DNA of 27,323 nucleotides from a virus (lineage: Duplodnaviria > Heunggongvirae > Uroviricota > Caudoviricetes), in the IMG/VR virus record IMGVR_UViG_2693429713_000014. One strand, 5' to 3'. Under the pieces are notes generated by a model. It did no database searches, had not been told where the DNA came from, and saw only the letters and a program-made list of their open reading frames with translations. A program made the position numbers and the translations under genes. Positions 1 through 8,472 of this stretch are shown piece after piece. Position 1 is the first letter of the stretch. Each line of letters starts with the position of its first letter.

Positions 1-405
1 ATGGATCAGGTCGTTGTTTTTCAAAAGATGTTTGAGCAAGTGAGAAAAGAGCAAAACTTCTCCTGGTTTTATTCAGAATTAAAACATCACCGTATTGCAC
101 ATTACATTTATTATCTGGCTACGGATAACATCAGAATTATTACTCACGATGACACGGTTTTGTTATTAAGAGGAACCAGGAACCTGTTAAAAGTTAGTAC
201 GACCAAGAACCCTGCTAAAATAAAAGAGGCCGCATTGCTTCATATTTGCGGAAAATCTACATTTCGGGAATACTGTTCAACACTAGCAGGCGCGGGCGTT
301 TTCCGGTGGGTTACTGATGTTAATCATAACAAACGCAGTTACTACGCCATTGATAATACGCTTTTATATATTGAAGATGTAGAAAATAATAAACCATTAA
401 TCTAG
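1..405 (+). CDS. YcgX-like hypothetical protein (chromosomal flank)
   Basis: 134-aa ORF from the track, starting at window position 1. AT-rich. Sits next to iraM as ycgX does in K-12; identity assigned by synteny and recalled size, not verified. Confidence 0.55.
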   Translation: MDQVVVFQKMFEQVRKEQNFSWFYSELKHHRIAHYIYYLATDNIRIITHDDTVLLLRGTRNLLKVSTTKNPAKIKEAALLHICGKSTFREYCSTLAGAGVFRWVTDVNHNKRSYYAIDNTLLYIEDVENNKPLI

Positions 406-616
406 CTAAAGTTGGATGCTTAAGAAATGCTTCATAATTCAGTAAGGCATTAGCATAATGGGAATAAAAGTACAGAGACTATCCCTATGGATGATAAATA
501 CTGTCCTTTTATTGCTACCCATAAATAATCACCATGCCAATACTATCAAATTGATATTTGAAATGTGATCACTTGACTTTCTATACGTTATTTTATAACG
601 GTTAATATATTTATAA

Positions 617-664
617 AAACAACGGGTGTGCCATACGCCCGTTTCAATACTTAACGCACATGTG
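617..664. repeat. Terminator-like hairpin element, copy 1 (orphan copy of the icd terminator-like repeat)
   Basis: Stem aacgggtg / cgcccgtt (621-628 and 636-643) with a 7-nt loop and a T-run on the minus strand. About 85% identical over about 45 bp to the element at 1477-1523. Confidence 0.45.
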
Positions 665-1100
665 TTTTGGTTTAGTCATCATCCAGTTATATGTATTTTA
701 GCCAGGAACAGGTTAAACCTTTCCTATATAACTCAAAAATTGAAACCTTATTCTCATGTCATGCTTATATTCATTATTATCGTTATATAAAAAGGCAACC
801 ATAATGTTTAGCAAATTGGCACAAAGTAGCATAAAGGCTATGTTTTAATTACAGGATGTTCAGTCATTTGAATGTATAACATTATAGCTAAACAAATCTA
901 AAACGAAGTGAATAATTTATTGTTTTCACTAAATCTCATTTTGTTTAACATCCATTGAGATTCCTTGCTTTAAATTTTGTTTTATATAAGCAATCGTTTT
1001 AATTAATTTATTTTTTGAAGGGGTAATATACTCATATGCAAAATAAAGAAATGAACATCCAAATGAAGTATATTAAATACCGTGGGATAAGACATAACAA

Positions 1101-1424
1101 ATGAAGTGGATAGTAATTGACACGATAATTCAACCTTCATGCGGCATATCTTTTTCAGCCATATGGGGTAATATGAAAATGATCATCTGGTATCAATCTA
1201 CTATATTTCTCCCTCCTGGCAGTATATTTACACCGGTTAAATCTGGAATTATCCTTAAAGATAAAGAATATCCTATTACTATTTATAACATCGCACCATT
1301 CAACAAGGATTTATGGAGTCTACTCAAAAGCAGTCAAGAGTGTCCTCCAGGAGAAAGAAAAATAACAAATAAATGTTTGCATAATAGTTGCATTATAAAA
1401 ATATGCCCATATGGGCTCAAGTAA
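1101..1424 (+). CDS. iraM: Anti-adaptor protein IraM (RssB inhibitor)
   Basis: 107-aa ORF beginning MKWIVIDT, matching recalled IraM length and sequence. Lies immediately beside the icd 3' fragment as in K-12. Confidence 0.75.
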   Translation: MKWIVIDTIIQPSCGISFSAIWGNMKMIIWYQSTIFLPPGSIFTPVKSGIILKDKEYPITIYNIAPFNKDLWSLLKSSQECPPGERKITNKCLHNSCIIKICPYGLK

Positions 1425-1476
1425 AGGGTTTTATATAAATATGCTCGATATGCTATTAATAGTACCTACATAAATA

Positions 1477-1523
1477 AAACAACGGGCGTGTTATACGCCC
1501 GTTGCAATATTAAACACATGTAG
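1477..1523 (-). terminator. Intrinsic terminator hairpin downstream of the icd 3' fragment (repeat copy 2)
   Basis: Stem aacgggcg / cgcccgtt (1481-1488 and 1496-1503) followed on the minus strand by GTTTTATTTA. Sits just after the icd-fragment stop at 1527-1529. Confidence 0.55.
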
Positions 1524-1526
1524 TGA

Positions 1527-1694
1527 TTACATGTTCTTGATGATCGCATCACCAAATTCTGAACATTTCAGCAGTTTAGCGCCTTCCATCAGACGCTCGA
1601 AGTCATAGGTTACGGTCTTCGCATTGATTGCGCCTTCCATACCTTTAACAATCAGGTCTGCGGCTTCAGTCCAGCCCATATGGCGTAACAGTAG
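1527..1694 (-). pseudogene. icdC: 3' fragment of isocitrate dehydrogenase gene (icdC-like), prophage attachment-site remnant
   Basis: Minus-strand translation gives [54 protein letters not shown]-stop, matching the Icd C-terminus. There is an in-frame stop just upstream at 1695-1697 and no N-terminal part. Confidence 0.85.
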
Positions 1695-2135
1695 TTAGAT
1701 GGTTCATATACAACCGCATGATAAATAAAAATAATCCTATAATTTTATTGTAAATCAACTGGCTTTTATCTTTCCCCTAACCTATTGATTATCAATGTAT
1801 GTTTTTTGGTTTTGATAACCGTTTTAGAGGGCAAAAACAAGTGCCTGTACCTATCAGCCCCTTCACGGCAAAGGGATTTTAAATCATGCGTGTTTTCACA
1901 AACTATCAATGGCTTAACTAAATTTTTCGCCAATAACGTACGCTGTGAGTGAGAGGTGGATATGAAGTTACACACTCCCGGAAAATAAAGAATTGAGCGT
2001 TATCTCATGCTATTAATGAAAAGTGTTTGCTTAATAGATTACATATAACTATGATTCAAGCCCAATTAAAGTCGTGTGTCTTTGGCTTAAATTGGCAAAC
2101 AAACAATCAAGTCAAGAATATAAAGGAACTATTCA

Positions 2136-3104
2136 ATGAATAAGAATTATAAAACGTTTAAACTTGAACTATGGGAGAAGTTTAAGCATCAATGTGCTTA
2201 CTGTGGCACTAAACTTTATGAACCATTGATGGCGGATGTTGATCGTTTTTTCCCAAAATCAAAGTATACTGACTTCCAAGATGCTACAGACAACCTGCTC
2301 ATCGCTTGTAAGGCATGTAGCATGATTAAAAAAGATCAGTTTCCTCTCGATGAAAATGGCAAACCATTACTTCTAAATCCTTTAAATGAAAGTTTTTCAG
2401 AACATATAAAACAAAATAAAAATGGATATTTAGAAGGTTTAACTGAGCGAGGACATGCGACTATAGATATATTACAGTTGAATAGACCTTCATTAATTGA
2501 ACAGCGCATTCTAGATGTTATTGATATGCAGTACTCTGATGATCGAACGCTATCTGAACGAGATGTCTATATGACATTCCAAAATAGTATGCAGAACGCC
2601 ATAAAACTAAATGATGCTCAGTTAAAAATTGATAGCACTTTACAAATACAAATGTCGTATATGCTATATGCCAATACAATAACTTCCTTGGAAACATATT
2701 TATGTGACAGATTTATTTCCCTAATTCATGGTAGCCAAACTAATTTGAGAAATTTTGTTGAAACCTTCAAAGATTACAATACAGAAAAATTCTTACTTTC
2801 TGAATTATTTATAAGGCATGAACAAATAGAGTCTCAAGCGATAGAGTCTATGAAGAGTGTTCTTTATCATAATCTGCCAAAAGTAAGTGGCATGTATCGA
2901 GATACCTTTGGTATTAAATTCCCTGTTTTCACAGAAGTTTATAAAAGCGTGTTAATTAGGCATGACTTAGTTCATCGAGCAGGTAAAACAAAAAATGGTA
3001 ATTTTCATAAGTTAGATTCAGAGTCAGTTAAAGATGTTATCAAAAAATGCTGTGACTTGGTTGAAAAACTAGAAAAAGAGCTTAAAGATTGTGCATCATT
3101 CTAG
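2136..3104 (+). CDS. Hypothetical protein with N-terminal degenerate HNH-like zinc-finger motif and uncharacterised C-terminal domain
   Basis: 322-aa ORF with an AGGA-type RBS. Residues 20-66 read CAYC...DVDRFFP...DNLLIACKAC, i.e. the C-x2-C ... N ... C-x2-C scaffold of HNH with Arg where the catalytic His is expected. AT-rich codon usage. C-terminal region contains R-x4-H (RHDLVH, aa 275-280). Confidence 0.6.
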   Translation: MNKNYKTFKLELWEKFKHQCAYCGTKLYEPLMADVDRFFPKSKYTDFQDATDNLLIACKACSMIKKDQFPLDENGKPLLLNPLNESFSEHIKQNKNGYLEGLTERGHATIDILQLNRPSLIEQRILDVIDMQYSDDRTLSERDVYMTFQNSMQNAIKLNDAQLKIDSTLQIQMSYMLYANTITSLETYLCDRFISLIHGSQTNLRNFVETFKDYNTEKFLLSELFIRHEQIESQAIESMKSVLYHNLPKVSGMYRDTFGIKFPVFTEVYKSVLIRHDLVHRAGKTKNGNFHKLDSESVKDVIKKCCDLVEKLEKELKDCASF

Positions 3105-3286
3105 GTAATTGCCACCAAATCGAAGGTGATCGCGCTTGCGGTCACCAAAAGTAATAAACTATTCATTCCCATTCGATCATCTGAACCAACACAATTTTAT
3201 TTAATAAAGTTGACCTACTTCATTATTTGATACCCATCCAATGTGCGCAAGGGCTGCTTCTGGCACATGGTTACCCTTGATGAGAA

Positions 3287-3417
3287 GGTAGATCACCGCC
3301 ATGGGGTGTCGGGGGCGGAGGTTCAAATCCTCTCGTGCTGACCAAAAATCCTCGAAGAACCAGCCTGTTACGGCTGGTTTTTTTTGCCTGTTTTCTGAAC
3401 GGGGAAGCAATGGGGAA
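3287..3417 (+). repeat. Direct repeat A: 3' ~58 nt of a tRNA-Pro gene (no 5' half) plus downstream terminator and flank
   Basis: 3287-3344 reads ggtag..caccgccatggggtgtcgggggcggaggttcaaatcctctcgtgctgacca: T-arm GGTTCAAATCC, acceptor 3' strand, CCA end. Matches recalled E. coli tRNA-Pro 3' portion. No complementary acceptor 5' strand upstream. Confidence 0.7.
3360..3385 (+). terminator. Rho-independent terminator within repeat A
   Basis: Hairpin ccagcc-tgtta-cggctgg followed by eight T residues. Confidence 0.6.
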
Positions 3418-3607
3418 ATTAGCTTACGGTTGACCCCACTGCGAAAAGCGCAGATTTTTATCAATGGACGTACATAGGGTAGATAAGGCACAATACTGCT
3501 TCAATGTCGTCTGATGGTATTGTAATACTAATTACATCAGATGATTTAACTAGATTAGTTCTTTATAGAAATCATTCTTGAATATTAATTGGCTGACTGA
3601 GGTTTTT

Positions 3608-4393
3608 ATGGATGAAAAATACAGAAGATTTGTTGATGAGGTTGACTTTTCAAGACAATTATTAGGCATAGGGCTCACTTCCCTAAGGAAAGCAAATTTT
3701 GCAAGTAGAGGATTGTATTTTCAAGCATTATCCGGCATCAGTTTAGGATTAGAAAGGCTTATGAAACTTTGCCTTATGCTTGATGATTATAATAAAAATG
3801 GAAAATATACATCACGCAAAAAATTAAGAGATTACGGTCATAACTTAAGCAAGTTATTCAACCTAGTCATTGAGAGAGTTGATTCTCCCTCTGGCTTAAA
3901 TGAAATTCACTACAGAGTGATGGAGTTGTTAACTAATTTTGCAAATTCATCAAGATATAGTAATATTGATTTCATTACTAATGACAACGACAATGATCCC
4001 ATGAAGCAATGGTATAATGAAATCGATAAGAGCATTTACGATGAAATATTAACAAAAAGACAAAAAAATATAATTGATAAAAAATGCGAGCAATACCGAA
4101 GCTATGGTGAAACACTGCCATGCTATGTGCTTGGATATTATGATGAAGACAGAAACCATATAAACTCTGCAGGGGATTTAAATTATTTACTTAAAAGAAG
4201 TGAAATGCTTGCTGGTTATCGCACTTTATTAGTTATTCATATCATAGAATGCATCTATAACATATTAGACTCAATGACAGTTCAAGCAAAAGATAATCAC
4301 TTCCACCATCTTGAATTAGGTCGTTTTTTTGCAACCATCATTTATGGCTCTGATAGAGACAAAATCAATAGAAAAAATTTTATCCGTATGTGA
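3608..4393 (+). CDS. Hypothetical protein (261 aa), AT-rich cargo gene flanked by the tRNA-fragment repeats
   Basis: Track ORF 3578..4393 begins with TTG. The ATG at 3608 has GAGG five nt upstream, so it is the preferred start. No recognisable family motifs. Confidence 0.55.
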   Translation: MDEKYRRFVDEVDFSRQLLGIGLTSLRKANFASRGLYFQALSGISLGLERLMKLCLMLDDYNKNGKYTSRKKLRDYGHNLSKLFNLVIERVDSPSGLNEIHYRVMELLTNFANSSRYSNIDFITNDNDNDPMKQWYNEIDKSIYDEILTKRQKNIIDKKCEQYRSYGETLPCYVLGYYDEDRNHINSAGDLNYLLKRSEMLAGYRTLLVIHIIECIYNILDSMTVQAKDNHFHHLELGRFFATIIYGSDRDKINRKNFIRM

Positions 4394-4471
4394 GACTACG
4401 AAGCGACCGACGAATGATGCTATCAACTTACTGTAGACGCATATAGGCCATCAGAATATTAGCACGACACT

Positions 4472-4588
4472 ATGGGGTGTCGGGGGGCGGAGGTTCAAAT
4501 CCTCTCGTGCCGACCAAAAATCCTCGAAGAACCAGCCTGTTACGGCTGGTTTTTTTGCCTGTTTTCTGAACGGGGAAGCAATGGGGAA
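4472..4588 (+). repeat. Direct repeat B: tRNA-Pro 3' fragment (~45 nt) plus terminator and flank
   Basis: Near-identical to repeat A over about 117 bp (atggggtgtcggggggcggaggttcaaatcctctcgtgccgacca + terminator + tgttttctgaacggggaagcaatgggga). Confidence 0.7.
4532..4556 (+). terminator. Rho-independent terminator within repeat B
   Basis: Same hairpin ccagcctgttacggctgg followed by seven T residues. Confidence 0.6.
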
Positions 4589-4790
4589 TTACAGGGGAAA
4601 AACCCCGTCAAATGTTGCCCCCGTATCGCTAGCACACAATGATTAAGTATCTTTTTCACTTTCGGAATTCATCAATTCACAAAACCATCATTCCGATTTA
4701 CCTTACATGCTCCTTTTAAATCTTTAACGGTGTGCACCACTTTTTCTAACTGCCCTATACTTTCAGTCTGACATACGGCTGGAGGTTTCT

Positions 4791-5459
4791 ATGTGTGGAC
4801 GCTTTTCACAGTCAATGACCCGTGAAGATTATCTTGCCCTTCTCGCTGATGAATCAGAACGCGATATTCCATACGATCCAGAACCCATCGGAAGATTCAA
4901 CGTAGCGCCAGGAACAAAAGTTCTGCTTCTGAGCGAACGTGATGAGCAGTTGCATCTTGATCCAGTTATCTGGGGATACGCCCCCGGTTGGTGGGATAAA
5001 CCGCCGCTCATTAATGCACGGTCTGAAACTGCTGCCACCAGCAGAATGTTTAAACCACTCTGGCAGCATGGCCGCGCAATTTGCTTTGCTGATGGATGGT
5101 ATGAGTGGAAAAAGGAAGGCGACCAAAAACAACCCTACTTTATTCACCGGGCAGACGGTCAGCCGATTTTTATGGCGGCGATCGGCAGCACACCATTCGA
5201 ACGTGGAGATGAAGCAGAAGGTTTCCTGATAGTTACAGCTGCAGCTGACAAAGGACTGGTTGATATTCACGACAGACGACCACTGGTACTGCTACCGGAA
5301 GCCGCGCGTGAATGGATGAGGCAGGATGTTGGAGGGAAAGAAGCAGCGGAAATTGCAGCCGACGGTGTTTTACCGGCTGATAAATTTATATGGCACGCCG
5401 TAACGCGTGCCGTCGGGAATGTGAAAAATCAGGGCGCCGAACTAATAACGCCAATATGA
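4791..5459 (+). CDS. SOS response-associated peptidase (SRAP/YedK family, abasic-site processing protein)
   Basis: 222-aa ORF beginning MCGRF (Cys2 nucleophile typical of SRAP) with GGAGG seven nt upstream. Length and sequence match recalled YedK-type proteins. Confidence 0.8.
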   Translation: MCGRFSQSMTREDYLALLADESERDIPYDPEPIGRFNVAPGTKVLLLSERDEQLHLDPVIWGYAPGWWDKPPLINARSETAATSRMFKPLWQHGRAICFADGWYEWKKEGDQKQPYFIHRADGQPIFMAAIGSTPFERGDEAEGFLIVTAAADKGLVDIHDRRPLVLLPEAAREWMRQDVGGKEAAEIAADGVLPADKFIWHAVTRAVGNVKNQGAELITPI

Positions 5460-5873
<414 letters not shown>

Positions 5874-5875
5874 GG

Positions 5876-6118
5876 CTAAAGTCCTCCGTTTGGATTGAAC
5901 AGCTGAAAGGTTCGGTTCTCGCCTTCCTGCGTTGATACATCGCGGAATGTTGTCACATAACATTCTATCCAATCGTTGGCCTGCTTCATCGTCCAGTGCC
6001 AGTTAACCTTACCCAGTTCCTGGACAAACCGCTGTGTGGTGACAGTCTTCCGGCCATTCGGTTCTCGCTGTATCGAAGCATGCCAGGCTATTTCAATATC
6101 GCTACGTTGTGGCATCAT
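5876..6118 (-). CDS. Small hypothetical protein (81 aa) immediately upstream of the UmuD'-like gene
   Basis: ATGATG at 6118-6113 preceded by aagaagggg RBS. Stop at 5876-5878 lies 2 nt before the UmuD'-like start, suggesting an operon. Function unknown. Confidence 0.45.
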   Translation of the reverse strand: MMPQRSDIEIAWHASIQREPNGRKTVTTQRFVQELGKVNWHWTMKQANDWIECYVTTFRDVSTQEGENRTFQLFNPNGGL

Positions 6119-6135
6119 TAACCCCTTCTTGAACA

Positions 6136-6175
6136 CTGGATAAAAAAACAGCATAAGCACTGTGTATCCATCCAG
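6136..6175. promoter_or_regulatory. Two putative LexA (SOS) boxes in the divergent promoter region
   Basis: CTGGATAAAAAAACAG (6136-6151) and CTGTGTATCCATCCAG (6160-6175) both fit CTG-N10-CAG with an AT-rich spacer. They lie between the divergent start codons at 6118 and 6193. Confidence 0.5.
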
Positions 6176-6192
6176 TAAAGAGGCAATAAGCA

Positions 6193-6435
6193 ATGTTCGT
6201 GGAACTCGTTTATGACAAAAGGAATTTTGATGGCCTGCCCGGTGCAAAAGATATCATTCTGGGCGAATTGACTAAGAGGGTTCACCGGGTCTTCCCTGAT
6301 GCTGATGTCCGGGTAAAACCGATGATGACACTGCCGGCGATCAACACTGACGCCAGCAAGCATGAGAAGGAACAGATAAGCCGTACTGTTCAGGAAATGT
6401 TTGAAAAGGCTGATATGTGGCTGGTTTCAGATTAA
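6193..6435 (+). CDS. DinI-family DNA-damage-inducible protein
   Basis: 80-aa ORF ending ...MFEKADMWLVSD, resembling the DinI C-terminus (...ESADDWFVSE). RBS aagagg upstream. Confidence 0.75.
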   Translation: MFVELVYDKRNFDGLPGAKDIILGELTKRVHRVFPDADVRVKPMMTLPAINTDASKHEKEQISRTVQEMFEKADMWLVSD

Positions 6436-6563
6436 ACGCCTTGAACCGTCATATTGCTTAAGTACAATCCGCCGTGACTGGCAATCATTCAATACTCGCA
6501 CTATCGAACGTTCGCCAGTTCGTCGCCGCCCGTTCTTGCATACGACGACGCGGTGGCGTTTTC

Positions 6564-7115
6564 TCAACGCCGCGCAGGAAATTTTTTGTATAGCGTCGAC
6601 ACCCCTACATCATAAATTATAGCCACACGTTTTCTAGACTCACCTGCAGCAATCAACCTTCCAGCCTGAGCCCACTCTTCTGCGGTTAACTTTGGTCGTC
6701 TGCCGCCGATCCGACCATCTTCGCGCGCAGCAGCTAAGCCAGCCCGTGTTCGCTCAACAATAAGCTCTCTTTCCATCTCGGCAAGCGCCCCCATGACATG
6801 AAAGAAAAAGCGCCCCATTGGTGTTGAGGTATCTATACTGTCGGTCAGGCTACGGAAGTTTACCCCTCGCTCCCTCATTTCTTCGACCAGCACGACAAGA
6901 TGCCGCATGCTGCGACCGAGGCGATCCAGCTTCCATACCACCAGCGTATCGCCTTCTGATAGCGTCCTGAGCACTTTTTTTAATCCTGGTCTGTCGGACA
7001 CCTTACCGCTGATCTTATCTTCGAAAATCAGTTCACATCCTGCACACTCGAGCGCGTTTCTTTGCAATGCTGTGTTCTGGTCATTTGTTGATACGCGAAC
7101 ATAGCCAATAAGCAT
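6564..7115 (-). CDS. pin: Serine recombinase, Pin/Gin/Hin-family DNA invertase
   Basis: N-terminus MLIGYVRVSTNDQN with the catalytic Ser motif; closely resembles e14 Pin. Start set at the internal Met (7115) with a GGGG RBS rather than the track start at 7151. Confidence 0.9.
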   Translation of the reverse strand: MLIGYVRVSTNDQNTALQRNALECAGCELIFEDKISGKVSDRPGLKKVLRTLSEGDTLVVWKLDRLGRSMRHLVVLVEEMRERGVNFRSLTDSIDTSTPMGRFFFHVMGALAEMERELIVERTRAGLAAAREDGRIGGRRPKLTAEEWAQAGRLIAAGESRKRVAIIYDVGVSTLYKKFPARR

Positions 7116-7170
7116 GGTAGATCCCCCTGACAAAAGCAGGAATGATGCCATTTGCTCGTTATTTCTGCAT

Positions 7171-7200
7171 TTTCATAAACGTTGGTTTGGGAGAAGGTGC
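7171..7200. repeat. Invertase crossover site, left (inverted repeat partner of 8911-8940)
   Basis: tttcataaacgttggtttgggagaaggtgc. The 19-bp core ttggtttgggagaaggtgc (7182-7200) is a perfect inverted repeat of 8911-8929, and 25 of 30 positions match over the extended site. Confidence 0.7.
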
Positions 7201-7477
7201 TAACTGGGTTATGTTACCTGGAGGAATGATAATTCAGCGTGTTTATCTTGGATTTCCTATTGGCACTAATGTAAGACATATAACTTTCCCCCGGTCGTTT
7301 ACAACAACGAACTATTCCATCTCAATTAACTGGAATGATATCGGTACTGTAACAACTGAAACACAATCACCAGCAAATGTGGCGGTTGTTCATCAAACAA
7401 AATCATTAACAGGGGCCAGCATCTGGCAGGCAGGTCCCGGGGGATTTAATGTGGACATTATAGCGGTGGGGTATTGA
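7182..7477 (+). CDS. Alternative tail-fibre C-terminal cassette (silent in this orientation; no own start)
   Basis: Reading frame continues through the crossover core, encoding GLGEGA as in the expressed fibre. Followed directly by an alternative Tfa gene. Mirrors the Sv' arrangement of Mu G / e14 P segments. Confidence 0.55.
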
Positions 7478-7478
7478 T

Positions 7479-7907
7479 ATGTACGTATGGAGCGCTAAAG
7501 CAAATGGCTTTTTCCCCATATCGGAGAAAGAAAAATTTGAGGCATCAGGTCTGTGGCCTGATGATGGTGTAATAGTCAGTGAGGAAGAACATAAAAAGTT
7601 ATTTATGGATATTCCACCAGGAAAACAGATTGGAACACTGAATGGAAAACCAGCACTGATAGATATTCCTCAGCCGACCAAAAAGGAATTAATAGCTATT
7701 GCTGAAGTTAAAAAATCCCAATTACGGGAAAAGGCTGACAGTGAAATATCCTGGCGTCAGGATGCTGTTGATGCTGATATCGCAACTGATGAAGAAGCTA
7801 CAACTCTCACCCAATGGAAGAAATACCGTGTGCTGCTGATGCGTGTTGATACGTCAACAGCACCCGATATTGAATGGCCTACGCCTCCGGCAGTTCAGGC
7901 CAGATGA
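7479..7907 (+). CDS. Tail fibre assembly protein (alternative copy, Tfa')
   Basis: 142-aa ORF with a Tfa-like C-terminus (...WKKYRVLLMRVDTSTAPDIEWPTPP) similar to the minus-strand Tfa. Confidence 0.75.
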   Translation: MYVWSAKANGFFPISEKEKFEASGLWPDDGVIVSEEEHKKLFMDIPPGKQIGTLNGKPALIDIPQPTKKELIAIAEVKKSQLREKADSEISWRQDAVDADIATDEEATTLTQWKKYRVLLMRVDTSTAPDIEWPTPPAVQAR

Positions 7908-8472
7908 CATCCGGCGCGGTGCTGGTATCTGTTGCCGTCACCGCGTCAATGTAATCCAGCACGGCGTTAAGTCGGGTTGTTTCTGCCTGAGTCAGTTTCC
8001 GTCCGGCCTGTAATTTCAGCTGAATCAGACTAATGGAAGCCATTGCTGCATCAATCAGTGACTGGCGCTGTGCTTCTGCCGCGTCTACTGCGGCACTGTG
8101 TTGTGCCTCAGTGTCTGTCACCCATTTCTCACCATCCCATTTATCGTATGGCGTTAACGGTGAAAGCGTGACATAACCGTCTTTGATGGCACCGATATAA
8201 TCCACTGTAACAGCTGCACCATTTTCGATTGAGTAAACAGTCTCATTGCGATGGTCTTCCTCATGGCTCCATCCCTTACCTGTAAATACCGTCACTCTTC
8301 CCAGAATGTTTTCGCCCGGGTCAATACCAGTTGAACAGGCGGGCATACTTACGCCAGTATTAATATATTCATCAGACCAGCCCGTATACTCAGATGTTTC
8401 AGCATCATAATAAAAACAACGCATATCGCCCGGCACTGTAGCCAGCCCATTTTCATCAAAAACAGGTTTCAT
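7879..8472 (-). CDS. Tail fibre assembly protein (Tfa, currently expressed orientation)
   Basis: 197-aa ORF; C-terminus ...DTSTAPDVIWPELPEA. Start overlaps the fibre gene stop. Confidence 0.75.
   Translation of the reverse strand: MKPVFDENGLATVPGDMRCFYYDAETSEYTGWSDEYINTGVSMPACSTGIDPGENILGRVTVFTGKGWSHEEDHRNETVYSIENGAAVTVDYIGAIKDGYVTLSPLTPYDKWDGEKWVTDTEAQHSAAVDAAEAQRQSLIDAAMASISLIQLKLQAGRKLTQAETTRLNAVLDYIDAVTATDTSTAPDVIWPELPEA

Noticed and set aside
1766-1975. 69-aa minus-strand ORF in the region just inside the prophage boundary
   Set aside because: No RBS and no recognisable features; it lies in AT-rich intergenic sequence and is likely non-coding.
2958-2975. R-x4-H motif (RHDLVH) as evidence for a HEPN RNase domain in the 322-aa protein
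   Set aside because: The motif is too short to be diagnostic. A second R-x5-H occurs elsewhere in the same protein by chance, so I do not call a HEPN domain without profile or structure support.
3287-3344. Possible intact tRNA-Pro gene (and a second at 4472-4516)
   Set aside because: Only the 3' portion is present. There is no acceptor-stem 5' strand, D-arm or complete anticodon arm upstream, so these are fragments, not functional tRNAs.
3201-3491. 96-aa minus-strand ORF from the track
   Set aside because: It runs antisense across the tRNA-Pro fragment and terminator of repeat A. Its sequence is dictated by the tRNA-like DNA, and it has no RBS or coding-like composition.
4741-4790. Possible LexA box upstream of the SRAP/YedK-like gene (CTGccctatactttCAG)
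   Set aside because: The spacer is 11 nt, not 10, so it does not fit CTG-N10-CAG.
4829-5270. Track ORFs 4829..5038(-), 4854..5270(-) and 4939..5229(+)
   Set aside because: All are embedded in or antisense to the well-supported SRAP/YedK-like CDS (4791-5459). They lack RBSs and are read as frame artefacts.
5876-6247. Long form of the small minus-strand ORF (track start at 6247), plus 6118..6363(-) and 6401..6622(+)
   Set aside because: The long forms would run through the LexA-box promoter region and overlap the DinI-like gene. Only the 81-aa form starting at 6118 has an RBS. The others overlap better-supported genes or lie in the pin 3' flank without signals.
7142-7181. N-terminal extension of the alternative tail-fibre cassette (track start at 7142)
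   Set aside because: This start would overlap the pin promoter and start region and has no RBS. The cassette is better read as a promoterless C-terminal exon that begins at the crossover site.
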